63,719 bases of DNA, filler included, from Hausera hauseri (GCA_046269625.1; 12 parts of 12 records of this genome joined end to end with filler, not necessarily neighbours in it), one strand, 5' to 3'. Shown: positions 41,497-55,156, counted from the first letter of the whole stretch. Notes: generated from the sequence alone by a model not told the origin. Numbers and translations: made by a program.

Positions 41497-44400
41497 ACCA
41501 TTATGGTTCTGGTTATGGTGAATGGGCATGGATGTGAAATCCATATGAGCGGAGGCCTCCTAAATGGGGCCATTGCTCTCCCCATAAAGACACTGGTCTT
41601 TATTCAAACCTTCTTGTCCCTCGGATGAAGGACACAAGGTTAGAAACACTCAGTGTTCTGAGCTTTGTGGGATCCATAAAGGGGTTCCCAAGAATTCTAT
41701 TCCTTTGACTGCTCCAAGCCACACACCGGCCTAAGTAGTGCAAAGAGGTCTCTAATTCAATGCCACAGGCATCACACAGACCATTATCATGGATTCCCAT
41801 CACCATTTTGTGGCGGTTGAGCAGATTGTGCCCAATAAGGACTCCAACCTTTGTACTAAGAGTATTCCTTGTCAGGGAGATGAGAGCTTTCCCAAACCTT
41901 AGATTTGGGTCTGTAATCAGTTCCCGTGCCTATCTACATTCCGTCAGCTCTCTCCAGCAGATTGAGTGTTGATGTCTAATCCAGGCCTGTAGGGCAGTCC
42001 TACAGACTGATGTTGAGATACCTACAACAGGCTCTGGTCCTTTGAAGTGAGCCTGACTGCCAGCTTTTGCAAGGTAGTCAGCTCTCTCGTTACCATAAAT
42101 GCCAGTATGTCCTGGTACCCATTTAACAGTAACACTGTTAACTCTCCCCAGTTGGTTGACTGCTTCGGCACACTCCCAAGCCAGTAATGATGTAAAGTGT
42201 GGCCCTCGGAGAGCTCTGATAGCAGCTTGGCTATCTGTTAGGTTAAATATTTCCTTCTGTGTACACTGAAGGTCTTTGAGAGATGCCACACACTGGTGGA
42301 TTGCATATATCTCAGCTTGAGATACAGTTGCAAAACAGCCTAGTGGGTATTTATGCTCTCTCTCACTACAGTTGTGCAAAAGCAGCACCCCTGCACCTAC
42401 TGAACCCTTCAGAAGGGATCCATCTGTAAAACAGTAAAAATGATTGGGAGACATGTCCGTCGTAGAGAGGTTGATCCAGGCAGACCTGTCTTCTATCTCT
42501 GTCTTAAAACTTGGCTCAAAATTGTATTTTTTGACCATTCTGTCTCCAGGTCCTGCAGCTACTGGAACAGCAGCAACTGCCCAGTCCCAGATTCTGGTGT
42601 GCTGTGAGCCAGATAGGATTTTCCACCTACCAGACTGGCGTAGCCTTACTGCACTGGATGCGGCCTCCCCTAAGATATATAAATCTAGTGGAGGGAGGTC
42701 CAGTAGGACTTCCATGGTTGCCGTGGGTGTTGTTCTGATGGAACCTGTGATGCTCAGGCAGGCCATCCGTTGCACATGGGTGAGCATCACTCTTGCCACC
42801 CCAACTTGGACTCGAACCCACCAGACTAAAGCAGCATAGCATAGCATGGGGCGGACTATGGGCGTGTAGATCCATCTGATAACCTTTGGGGTAGCACCCC
42901 AACGACTACCTGCAATTATATGGCACTGGTGTAGGCACATTGCTGCCTTCTTAAACTTTTCATTTACATGTATTTTCCAGTTAAGCTTTCTGTCTAAATA
43001 GACACCCAAGAATTTAACTGACTGACAGGGAGCGTTCTACACGCTCCAGCTTTGGAGGTGAGAAACCCTTCCTTGACTTCTTATGGGTAAAAAGAACCAG
43101 TTCCGTCTTATTTGGATTGACAGTAAGTTCCTGCTCCCGACACCATCTGGATACTATGTTTAGTCCCCTCTGCATTAGGTTACATACAGTACCCAGGCAG
43201 AAGCCTTCTGTAAGGATGACCAAGTCATCTGCATATCCTTTTGTATAGAGTCTAGATCCATTCAGCTCATTTAGTAAGCTGTTGACAACCAGGAGACAAC
43301 ACAGGGGCTAGATTACTCCTCCCTTTGGAGAGCCCCGTCTGAGGTCTACGGTTATCGAAGAGTCCCCCAGAGTTGAATATGCTTTCCTTGTCCGAAGCAT
43401 GAAAATGAGCCAATTATTATGTTGTCTCATCCACACTTATGCTGGCAAGTGCTCTTTCTATGGTTTCTACAGGTACATTGTCAAATGCTCCCTGTATGTC
43501 TAAAAAGGAGCCAAGCCCATATTGTCCACGTGCCAGGCTGTGTTCTATTCTCAAAACAACATCATGCAAGGCTGTTTCTGTAGAAAGACCTGCCTGATAT
43601 GCATGTTGTTTAGAACTTAAAGGTGATAGCATTAAAATTCCATCCCTTACATGTCGATCTATTAACCTCTCCATTCCCTTCAGCAAGAAAGATGTTAAGC
43701 TGATGGGTCTGAAAGATTTTGCCTCTATATGTTGGTTTACCAGGTTTGGGCAGAAATACAACTTTTGCCATCCTCCACCCAACTGTTTGCTAAACAGGCA
43801 ACATATATTCTAGTTATTGTGTCCAGAAGTACATCCAGTCCTCTTTGAAGAAGCACTGGGAAAATACCATCTGGTCTGCAAGCTTTAAATGGAGCAAACA
43901 TATTAATTGCCCATTTTACTTTAACTTTCGTAATGATGCTTGCTGCTCCGCTTTAATCGTCGTTGGTTGGATTTTGATCGGCGACTGTATCAGGCATTGC
44001 AGTCTCTTCTGCTCCCGGAAAAGGTACCTGGAGAAGAAGCTGAAGCACACTTTCTTGTGTGATAGGCATCCTTCTGGTGGAACAATGAAGGATAGTTGAT
44101 TGACTGGATCCTTTCTAAGAAGCTTGTACAGCTTAGAAGAGGCACTAGCCCTTTAACTTCTTTGCAGAACTTCCTCCAAGAAAGTCTCTTACACTCCCTT
44201 AGAACACTTTTATAGTGGTTGTGGGACTGTACATACTGTTCCCACCTGGTTTTATTTGGTTGGGATCTGTATCTTCGCCATTTACATCTACTGCCTTGCG
44301 GAGGCTGGAGAACTTTCTCCAGACAGGCAGACTTATAGGCAGTTTGCACAGCATCAGTCATGCTTGTGACCTCTGTCTCAATGTCTTGCACAGTTTTGAT

Positions 44401-44800
44401 CCTGGCAATTCTCCCACCCATCAACTGGGATAAACTGCTGATAAACAGATTCCAGTCAGTGTTCTGGATTTCTGTAAGTAATTGGGTGTGGTTTCCCCAA
44501 CTTCAGCTTAAACTAAATTCGTCGATGGTCTGACATAGTTTCCTCTGGGGATACTTGCCAGTCACATACTTTGTTTACCAAGTCCATTGACCCGACTGTT
44601 ATATCCATTACCTCCTCCCTATTAACAGTTTGGAAGGTAGGTACATTGCCCTGATTAAAGACTAGCAGGTCTTCTGTCAGCAAGTATTCTAACAGAGATC
44701 TGCCTCTAGGGTTAATATCAGAGCTCCCCCAGCACACATGATGGGAATTGGCATCACAACCAATGAGTACCAGGAGGCCCTTATCTTTGGCATAATAAGA
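41497..44800 (-). mobile_element. LOA/Lian-like non-LTR retrotransposon (APE-RT-RNase H-CCHC), degraded
   Basis: GCDANSHH..WGSSDINPRG, SDHRRI, FRPISLTSFLLKGMER, FLDIQGAFDN, GYADDLV, GVYLDRKLNW, FTDGS, AEIYAI, TDSQAAI, WVPGHTGIYGNERAD and CDAC...ET..H...C. Confidence 0.9.
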
Positions 44801-45649
44801 CTATTGCCAGGTGGAGTGTCTGTAAAGTAAACAAATTTCCTTCAATTTTGCATTTATACAAACACATAACTTACCGATTTTTCCAAAAAATTTTGCTTCA
44901 AATTTATTTACATCTAAGAGCCAACAGGCTGAAATAAGTCTGCCACCTCCATACTTTCCCTGCTCCCCTGCACTGCAGACACTGTTATCTCCACCAGAAG
45001 TTCTTTCTTTCCCCATGGCCAACAACTTGCTTGTCAACACCCACTCCCTGTTGTGTCGCGTGTGAGTACTACAGATATTTTGTGAAAATTATCGATTTTT
45101 GAGGCTCAAGGTACAGGTAACCATCTAAAGGGTTTGACATGTATGTATATGACAACTGGACCACTGGATACTAGGGGTGTTAGAAAATATGGATTTACAG
45201 AAACATAACAATAACAGAGTAAGATTAGGTACAAGATACTGTAACAAGATGGGCTGAATATAAAATGAGGAAAATCGCGAAAATAAGGTCATCAAAAATA
45301 ATGCACTTGTATGACAACATAAAAGATTGTCCTTGCCTTGAAGGAATATAACGAAAAAATATAGTAACCAGTCGAGAACCTTTTTTTTTTTCAATAAAAT
45401 GAAAAACTAGTCATGATCATCAATACCAGGTTAGTGTAATTTTATAGACTGCACATCATTTTTTTTTTTATTGGCCTTTTCGTCTTGTCAGACGGTCTTG
45501 AAAGCAGAAAATGCTGGCTGCTGTCCTACTGCACATCTTCTTTCATGGCNNNNNNNNNNNNNNNNNNNNNNNNNNNNNNNNNNNNNNNNNNNNTTAATTA
45601 ATTAANNNNNNNNNNNNNNNNNNNNNNNNNNNNNNNNNNNNNNNNNNNN

Positions 45650-48545
45650 AGATGAAACTTGGACGAGACATAGAAACTACGTGTCATGAAGAATACAATA
45701 GTAAAAGCGCAGAAATCTCAACCAAGGCAAACGAAAAGGCTGAAGATGTACTTGATGTTGTTCGCGCAAAAGCGAAGAAAAATCTATTACAAGAGTATCT
45801 AGAAAACTTCTCAGATCTCATTTTTGAGTACCTTGACATTTTTGCCAAAGACGAAACAGAGAACAGGCGAACTGATTTGGTCAAATTCAAACTATCATTT
45901 ATGATTGACCCGTTAACAGGAAAAGAAATAGACTTATTGCGGCAACCAATACCAAAGTGGTACCCCTCCAAAAGCACCCCAAAAGGAAGCTGAAGAGCAA
46001 TTTCAAGCTATGCTCGATAAAGGTATCAGAGAACCAAGTCAATCGCCATAGCCGCCTCCCATAGTTATGCCAAAAAAGCTAATAAGACTAAGCACCGTTT
46101 GTGTTTAAATTACGTTACCTTAAATAAGCACTTAATAAATCACGCTTATCCGATTCCTCAAATACAAGACATTATAGACGAACTAAAAGATTGTAAATAT
46201 TTTACCACATTGGATTTGTAGAATGGTTTTTGGCAAATACCCGTATCCGAAGAAGATCGGTGGAAAACCGTGTTTAGGACGCATACAGGGGTTTATCAAT
46301 TTACACGTGTGCCATTTGGTTTAAAGACGGCACCCACATTTTTTCAAGATTTATTCGCTTGGTATTAAAGGGAGTAAATAAAAATGTCGTACATCGACGA
46401 TATCGTAATTGCGTCCAAGATATGGTCTAAACATTTAGTAGAATTAAAAGCAGTATTTGATCGAATCAGGCTTGCAAAGTTAAAGTTAAATTCGAAAAAA
46501 TGCGAATGGTGCAAGAAGGAAGTTAGATACCTCGAATTTGTTGTTTCTCACCAAGGTATATCAACCAGTCCTGATTTAATATTTAAAATATTGGAATACC
46601 CTCCACCAATTAATGTGCACGAGATAAAAGCTTGATTAGGATTGGGAGGATTTTACGCTACATTTGTAGCTGACTCTGCAAAAATTAACCAGCCCCAATA
46701 TAAGCTTTTAAGGAAGGATCAAAAATGGGAATGGGCAGAAGAGAACCAGAATGCATTTGACTATATCAAAAAACGAATGGTGTCAGCACCGATACTGAGA
46801 TACCCCGACTAATCACTTTCATTCATTCTGAAAGCTGACGCCAGTATAAAAGCTATTAGTTACATATTAGCTCAGCAAGACCCCAGCGAAACAACTGAGC
46901 ATGTAATTGCTTACGGAGAACGAAATTTAAATAATGCAGAACAAAAATACTCAACCACTGAATTAAAGCTACTAACCATTCAGGATGGATTGCGACATTA
47001 CGAATATTATGTTTACTGTCACAAAATCATAATATTTACTGACCATAAGGCACTGTTATCCCTGCGCTCCGACAATAGACATATATCAAGCCGACTCCAA
47101 AGGTGGAAGTTAGAGCTTTTGAAGTATGACCTTGAGTATCGATATCGACCAGGAAAAGAAAATATGGATGCAGACGCACTTTCGAGAATACTTTACGAAA
47201 GAATAGTAGCCGCAGTCAATAAACCAATAGATAACGAAAGTGATAAACAATTGAATGAAAAAATCATTAAGAATATGTTACAATAACAACGACAAATTCA
47301 GGTCCGAAATATAGACTTTACAAAATCAAGATCCATTCATTGTTCAAGTCAAACAGTTACTCAATGGACAGTTAGTTGGCCCAGTATCAAATTTCATTCA
47401 ACAATCTTATGCAAAAAAACAGAGAGAATATAGATATTGAAATTGGCATTTTAAGATTAAAAGTCGGTGAGCGACAACTGATTATTGTATCCACACCAGC
47501 AATTAGAGCCGTTGTGCTACAAGAACATGACTCACACTTAGCTGGCCACCCGTTTTGAATAAGACTTTGAAGCGTTTAACCGCAAAATATTATTGGCCTT
47601 AAATGAATAAACATAATGAAGGATGGGTACGTTCGTGTAAAATGTGTGCTACACGAAAAGATAGAGGGTTTCGTGTAAAACTTTTCTAGTTAGTCTATCT
47701 AAAGCTCGGAAGCCAATGGAAGTGTGTTTAATGGATATCTCTGGACTTTTCCAAATTTCCGATTCAGGATATCAATATATATTATCACTTGTTGACTATT
47801 TCTCTCGATATGTTGTGCTAGTACCCTTAAAAAACGTGACTAGTGATACTGTGGCGGAAGCTTTTTTCTATGAGATTGTGGCCGTACTGAGCACGCTGAA
47901 ACAGTTGTTAACTGATCGCGCACCATACTTTATCGGCGAATTTTTCGAAAAACTTTCAAAAATATTCAAATGAAAACACCTGTTAAATACATCCTACTAC
48001 CCTCAATGTCATGGTATCGTTGAAAGGATAAATCATACAATCCAAGGTATTCTTTCCATAAAAGTAGCTCATGACCAAAAATATTGGCAAAACCATTTAA
48101 AAACTACAGCCTTTGCGATTAATACTACCCCTACTAAAGGCACCAATCATTCACCTTTTGAATTAATGTTTGGACGATTGCATTTGTTACCGCTAGATAC
48201 GGAACTATTACCATTATCCTTACAGAGAAGTGACCATATGTATGAACAATATTAGAATTTACTCAAACGATTTGAATATTTTCAGAAGGAAGCAAAGGAC
48301 TTTGGAGAAAAATAGAGAGCAGGATACAAGAAACAGTTCAATAAGAAGGCACGATCACATACGTACAAAATTGGAATTACATAATGGTTTATTATTCCGC
48401 TGTTAAGAAAGGAAAATCGTTAAAATTAACACGTACTGGACTAGGACCGTACAAAGTTGTTGATATGCACCCACAGACACTTTTTAGAAGGGACCAAACA
48501 AATACGAAGCTGTCTCTGTTGAACGAGTCACTCGAGCCCCTGAAT
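45650..48545 (+). mobile_element. pol: Degraded Ty3/gypsy pol (RT, RNase H, integrase)
   Basis: AYPIPQI, GFWQIP, VPFGLK, YIDD, ADAS, IFTDHKAL, YRPGKENMDADALSR, HDSHLAGH, LVDYFSRY, LTDR, GPYKV and SVERVTRAP. Many stops and frameshifts. Confidence 0.9.
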
Positions 48546-49520
48546 CATACAACGACTTTATTTGGGAAACAAATTTCGATTTATCTAACTCAGAAGAACA
48601 TAAAGTAGCCGCACTACTTAAAACTCGCATTCTGAATATACCAGAAAATGGGCATTACAAAGATCACCTCAGCTTGGATAGATGCTTGGTTATCGTTCTC
48701 TTCATTCTAGTGACAATTTTTGTAAAGATTTCTACTGCGATACCAACCCTGAAAAAATCCCAATAGTTAATACAGAAATGATCACACGCGATTCTATTGC
48801 TCATATCGACAAAAGCATTTGCCTGAGGACTCACACACCGGTATTCGTACAACACGAGGTGCATTTTATCTTTACATATAATACATCGTTTATCTGCACC
48901 ATTACTGAGAGACATAATAAAACGTGTTGCCATTTAACTACATAATGACTTACACCTAATATGTAGTATTGAAGACTCACCATAAGGATATTGCTACATG
49001 AAAACCCAACATGATCCTTCATGCTCCCAATTACCAAGACATGACAACGTTAGAAATCCCAGATATAGTAGAGCGTAATCCTTTTATTGCTCGATTCTTG
49101 GAGAATGATATTAAAATTTAGGGTATAAACCTTAAACCAAAAATCCCATTTATGAATTTCCGTACCATGCAATTGCTACCTGTCAACTACGAAATCATCA
49201 TATGGCTCGATCCTGTTTCCACTGTTATAGCACAACCATATTACTGTTATCTTAAGAGAAACGATACTCGGTCATGTTGTGCATTATACCGATATATTTG
49301 GTACAAACTCCACTCGAAGCATATCGAACGCTGAAAACAATGCAATGAATTAGGGTACATTCCCGCCGATTACCCATTCTTTTTTCAGTGAAACGAAACA
49401 TACCTATTCCAACTTTTGTCATGAATATATTAACTACTCGGAAACCTGTGACACAGAAAACGGTACCAGAATTGAGGACAACCCTCTTTACACGGAAAAT
49501 CCCCATTATGGGTAGGGGAG
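48546..49520 (+). pseudogene. Degraded env-like extension: signal peptide plus C-x9-CC modules
   Basis: The frame carrying VSVERVTRAP continues to CLVIVLFILVTIFVKISTA. Downstream frames contain FICTITERHNKTCCHL and YYCYLKRNDTRSCCAL, then a T-rich stretch. Confidence 0.6.
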
Positions 49521-49664
49521 ATCTGCGCAAATCGCAGAATCAGTCACATACGTTTACACCAAAAGCAAATCAGCATATATTCTATGGGAAATGGATGAAA
49601 AAATTCCAAATAATATTCAAGTTGACACCAGTAGAGGGTTACGCGTTGTCTAGAACAGGGTCAG

Positions 49665-49736
49665 CATGTAAATGCACATGTGAGCACACATGTGCGACAT
49701 GTGAGCAGTCATGAGTGACATGTGAGCACACATGTG
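49665..49736. repeat. Short tandem repeat (acatgtgagc-like)
   Basis: Repeated catgtgag/cacatgtg units. Confidence 0.7.
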
Positions 49737-49836
49737 NNNNNNNNNNNNNNNNNNNNNNNNNNNNNNNNNNNNNNNNNNNNTTAATTAATTAANNNNNNNN
49801 NNNNNNNNNNNNNNNNNNNNNNNNNNNNNNNNNNNN

Positions 49837-50228
49837 AAAAGGAATTCTACTGCTCCGCGATAACGCACGACCGCATATTGCAAACAAGACCCGCGACAAG
49901 TTGGCAGAAGTTGGCCGGGAGATTCTCCCACATTCGCCGTATAGCCCAGGCACCTCTCCAACAGATTATCATCTTTTTCGGTCGTTATCAAATTTCCTTG
50001 CTAACAAAGACTTTACAAATGATGATGATGTCAAAATAGAATTGTATCGGTTTTTTGCTTCCAAAAACTCGGACTTCTATTCACGTGGCATGGACTCCCT
50101 TGTTGACCGATGGCAGAAGGTGGTCGATGCGAATGGTGCATATTTTATAGAATAAAAAGTTGTTTAATAGATTATACAGGCTTTTGGAATTCGGTGGTAG
50201 GAACATTAATTACTTTTCCGGTACCTGA
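49837..50228 (+). mobile_element. Mariner 3' fragment
   Basis: DNARPH...LPHSPYSPGTSPTDYHLF...LVDRWQKVVDANGAYF, then a TIR-like end (ttacttttccggtacctga) and TA. Confidence 0.9.
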
Positions 50229-51062
50229 TATCTTTGTTTAAAATAAGCAATGCATTGCAATTTTATAAAAGTTGAGTGATATCAATAGCCACAAGTTTAA
50301 GCATCAAAGTGAAGAAAGACAATGAGGAAAGACATTTAATGGAAATCTAAATAAAAGGCGTTGAAATGTTAATTTGGTTAAGCAATGTTCAAAGTAGCGT
50401 AAAATTATTAGTTCGTTTACAAGTACTATCAAAGGACTTTGGATTGAACAATACTTCCACCCGATTTTACCACTAAATTGGAATTCGTTGAAATATATTG
50501 CAACGCATTGAAAATTCAATTATCGACAGTGTTATTAACCAATATAATGTTTGTGGTTAATGGCAAATTGACACATTTATACAACATTTTATTCAAACAG
50601 CATAATTTGTGACGTTTCTATTATATTCGACAATAGAAAGAGTTCTAAACTGAAAGCGTACCAAAAGTGTATTTCTCTTATGAAATTTTAGAAATACTAA
50701 AATTAACATTTCATAGCACGTTCTAATATAATGTCAGTAATTAAAGGTAATTGGCTTGAGTTTAATTCCTAATAATGAACAGCACCTTACATGTTATTAG
50801 GAATTACTAATCGAAGTTTTACATGTTCTAAAGGTTCTAAAAGTACAACATTTTATACTGATTAATAAATTAAAAAAATGCTAACAAGTCTGAGATTACG
50901 CAATATTGGCGTTAGATTTTTTCGTCATTTCGTACTTCTTCAATTTTCCCACTAACAGGAAAATTTTATGATTTAACAATTTTTTGCCATTTTTCGCCCA
51001 TTAAAATTTGACTAATTGTGTTTTCAAGATGTTTTATCGAGCTAAGCAATATCTGTCTAATA

Positions 51063-52112
51063 TTTCGGGTGTAACAAAAGTCTTTTCCAAACATTTTCAT
51101 TGAAAAATATTAACAATCTAACAAAATGTAATAATGTTAATCGGTTACATATTCTCCGCAATTGTTATTAACAGCTTGACAATGGAACAATAGCTTCTCT
51201 ACTTCTTTATGGAAACTTTCTTCGGACATGTCATCCAGTACCTGCAACTAGCATTTTGGTACTTCTTCGTGATCATCATCAGATTTTAGTCATTGAAAGA
51301 GGAATCGATCACATAAATTAAGGTTTGGTTTATATGGACTTTGCCATATAGTGGAAACATTTCGCTTTTCCAGATGATCGGGGTAACTGAATTTGTGGTT
51401 CTCCCTTGGCAATCCATGTACGATTTTCTGATTTTGTTTCGGTGGGAATAAAATTTATCCTGGTTTCATCCTCTACTACGTACACATTGTGTATTTCATA
51501 ACCTAGTAGAATCGGGATTCGGCGAATTTCTTTAGCGCAGTTAATGCGTAATTGCTTATTCCCAGGAGTAAGTTCATGTGGCACATAAACTGAACAAACA
51601 TTGTGCAAACTTAACTCTTCTGTTAGAATACGGTGTACAGTCGTATGATCTATATCTGGCTGCTCTCCTATTTTACGCGTAGACAAATGAGAATCTCCAT
51701 AGATTAGATCTTCAACTGTACTGGTTGCTCTTGGTCGACCACATCTTCAGGAGATCCATTTTCCTTTAAATTCTTTGTACCAATTTCAAATTGTTCGGTC
51801 AGATGGATATTCATTTCCACACGATTCGTTCAACTCCATAGAAACATCTGAAGCAATTACACCAAATCTGTTTCTAGTCATAACATAAAATTCGAAAGAT
51901 TTTTCAACATTCATTATTATCCTGCCCTCGTTGTACTACCTACAACATCAAAAATATCAATGAGTTTTAACTAACCTTTTAAATTTATATTTAAATTCTA
52001 CCAAATCACAGATTATCTATACTAAGATATTCAATTTCCGATAATTACTTCAGAACTGTGGCTGTTCTTAATAAGAAAATTATCACTTCGAAAAGACTTG
52101 TTACACCCTGAG
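51063..52112 (-). mobile_element. Internally deleted mariner-like element
   Basis: TIRs cgggtgtaacaaaagtcttttc / gaaaagacttgttacaccctg. Motifs YVPHELT, EDETRI and SPYKPNLNLCDRFLF. Confidence 0.75.
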
Positions 52113-52174
52113 TATTTGGCTCATAATATTTATATAGAAAGAAATATTAGTAACGTGAATGATAATTAGACAAA

Positions 52175-53457
52175 CAAGGACTGTCCCATTTAAAAACCCA
52201 GCGGACTAAAACGCGTATAACTTTAAAACCACTTCAAAAAATAACAAATTTTTTATCAAGTAGGCTTTGTATTAAGTGACAGAAACCATTGAAACAATTA
52301 GTTTAGTAATCGATTCGTTGTCAGTTTAAAAATGGGAAGTCAAGTGGAAACACGCAAAATCATTATAAAAATTTTACAAGAACACCGAGAATGGAGCTTC
52401 ATCAAAATCGCAAAGGAGGCTGGCGTTTACACATGAACGGTATCAAATGTCATCAGGCGTTTACAAGATTGCATGACAATCAACCGCAAAAAAAGGATTC
52501 GGAGGAAAAAGGGTTTTCGGAGCCCAAGAACAGCCAACAAAGTTGTTGAAATTTTAAGAAGAATGCCAACATCTCTGTAGGGAAAGTGGCTCAAAAAGTG
52601 GGTTGTCCAAGATCAACTGTTCACAGAATTTTAAAAAAAGTGGATTAAAGACCTACAAAGTCCAAAAAGTGCCAGATAGAAACTCTGCGAAGAATGAACT
52701 GGAAAAACAACGTGCCCGAAAGTTAAAAGCTGATTTTTTCTCAGAATTTCGCTGCTGCGTTATGGATGACGAAATTTATGCTTTGGGAGAGTTCTCACAG
52801 CTTCCTGGGCAGGGGTTTTATGTTGCAGACAGTAGAGAGAATGCAGACGAACAATTTAGAACTAGGAAACAGTCGAAATTTCCCATAAGGTTCCTCGTTT
52901 GGCAAGCAGTATGCCCTTGAAGGAAAAGGAACAAATTTTTAGTGGGTCAAGGCAGTGTTGACTCAACAATTTACATCAGGGAGTGCTTGCAAAAGAGACT
53001 TTTGCCATCTTTACGTGAGCACAATGTGTCAACATTCTTTTGGCCGGATTTAGCTTCTTGCCACTACAGTAGGGCGACCATGGAGTGGTACAACGCAAAT
53101 GGAGTGGTTTTTGTTCCAAGGGAAACAAATCCACCAAATTTCCCAGAGCTCGTGCCAATAGAAAGATACTGGGCTCTGGTAAAAAGAGATTTGAAGGAGA
53201 CAAAAAGAACTACCAAGAGTCTACAAAATTTCAGGAGAAAGTGGAAGATGGCGTCAGAGAAAGTGTTTGAAAACTCCATAAAAAGTATGATGGAAGGAGT
53301 TCCAGAAAAAATAAAAAAATTGTCAAAAATAATTTGATATGTAGTTTTATTCGGAATTAAATATGTTTCTAAAACTGGTTTACTTTTGAAAACTGGTCAA
53401 ATGGTTCGGAAGATATATGCGTTTTAGTCTGTTGGATTTTTGAAGTGGACAGTCTTT
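52175..53457 (+). mobile_element. Tc1/mariner-superfamily DD37E (ITmD37E-type) transposon, degraded transposase 52332-53337
   Basis: TIRs aaggactgtcccatttaaaaacccagcggactaaaacgcgtata / tatatgcgttttagtctgttggatttttgaagtggacagtcttt. VMDDE, then WPD followed by exactly 37 residues to the E of PIERYW. Confidence 0.9.
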
Positions 53458-53960
53458 ACATTGAACTCTGATATAACATGAGCGACAAAGTGTAAATCCG
53501 GCCTAAGAAAATATTGGTTGAAAAATGAAACGAAAATTTCAAAATTCCTTTGCATGTTAGAGGGAAAATGGAGAAAATGCAAAATGATGTATTATTTAAA
53601 AGTATATATGGTGTAATCTTAGCTTTATTTTAGATTGTTTCATATTATTAATAAAGATAAAATTAATTTTTTGCAGAATCTGTAAAACTCCGGTTAAAAG
53701 AAAAGTGTTGTTCCTTTGTAAGGAGAGAAATTATTTAGACAGAAAATCGAGAGTTTAAAAATGGAGCATGAAAACTCACAAGCAATCTAACGATTCTCGG
53801 TTTCGATTTGACACGGTAAGCGAGTTATTCCACAGCCGTTGTCTTATGAATGAAGCTGGGNNNNNNNNNNNNNNNNNNNNNNNNNNNNNNNNNNNNNNNN
53901 NNNNTTAATTAATTAANNNNNNNNNNNNNNNNNNNNNNNNNNNNNNNNNNNNNNNNNNNN

Positions 53961-54241
53961 TGTATTGCTAGCGTGTACTTTTCGTTTATTACGCAAAGAA
54001 TACGACGCCAGTGTGCCTCCTCACTCGGGGCACCAGTAATAAGTTTATAGATACAAAAAGTTTGGTTTTATAACTTTAAACTTATACTTTATTTACTATC
54101 GTCTGAAGGTTCTCCTTTGTTCAGACTTTTCGGTTATTTATCAGTCTACAGCAACCTGTGGGTTGCCGATAACTTTATTTAGTTTTAATTGACCTTACGG
54201 TATGAGTCTCGTCAGGGGACATACTGACGATACTCCCCCTT
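53961..54241 (-). repeat. Putative PPT (54241-54231) and start of 3' LTR
   Basis: Minus-strand AAGGGGGAGTA downstream of the ORFs. It is followed by TCGTCAG rather than the canonical TG. Confidence 0.5.
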
Positions 54242-54791
54242 ATTTATTGAGTTTATATAACCGGGTTTTACTGTCCGGTTCAGAAAGATAATTGTGGGCC
54301 CTTTTGTTTGTTAATTATCCTATTGCTATACGTATACTTATTGAATGTTACTCACGATTACTACAAAAATAAAATAATCAAATGCAAAATAATTTTATTA
54401 TTACTCAAATGATATTATAAAATAATATAAGAACTTATCAAACAAGATTAAAAAATGGTATAACAAATAGTATACTTACGCGAATCATGCGAATACATAA
54501 CAATGAATTACAATTCAATCTTTTTAGTTCTTTCTTTCTAATCTTCACCAAAAATTTTGGTATTTATATCTTTTGAAAAGTACAGAACCTCGAGCGAAAA
54601 ATAAAAAACAAAATTCAAAATATAGTAAGAGAATGTGAACAAATTAAATGGAATAAATAAATTCGTACACCATGTGAATATAATTTTAACAAATAAATGG
54701 AATAAATAAATTGGTACACCATAAACGAAAATTTAAATTGATCAGAGTTCTCATTAGAATATGTTAATTTGTCAATAGGCAAATGGCCCGA

Positions 54792-55154
54792 TCAGTCGAA
54801 TGACCCGACACCTTCCCCCTCGGATGGCGCTGTCCTCAGTGCCAAGAGGTATGTCTTTAGCGTACCATTGGAATATTGGTAGTTCGCCGAATGGAGGTTG
54901 AGCCAAGATCCTTTGTCTTTAATTCTTTTTTTAAGTATAATTGTCTCTGTTTTTGTCTGGGTTTTTTTCTTAGGTTTATTTGTTAAATCTACGATAGTTG
55001 ATTCCGTTGATTCAGTTAGGCTATTATTAGAGATATTCGATAGTAGTGCCAGATGAGTTGGATTCGTAATTTCATTGGTAGAAGTTGATTGATTTGGAGA
55101 ATCCTGAGTGTCCATCGGTGAGATAGTTGATACCATTAATGTAGGTTCTTCCAT
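54792..55154 (-). CDS. Ser/Thr-rich, basic ORF of unknown function in the retroelement 3' region
   Basis: 120-aa ORF directly downstream of the exonuclease-like fragment; low complexity. Confidence 0.35.
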   Translation of the reverse strand: MEEPTLMVSTISPMDTQDSPNQSTSTNEITNPTHLALLSNISNNSLTESTESTIVDLTNKPKKKTQTKTETIILKKRIKDKGSWLNLHSANYQYSNGTLKTYLLALRTAPSEGEGVGSFD

Positions 55155-55156
55155 TA

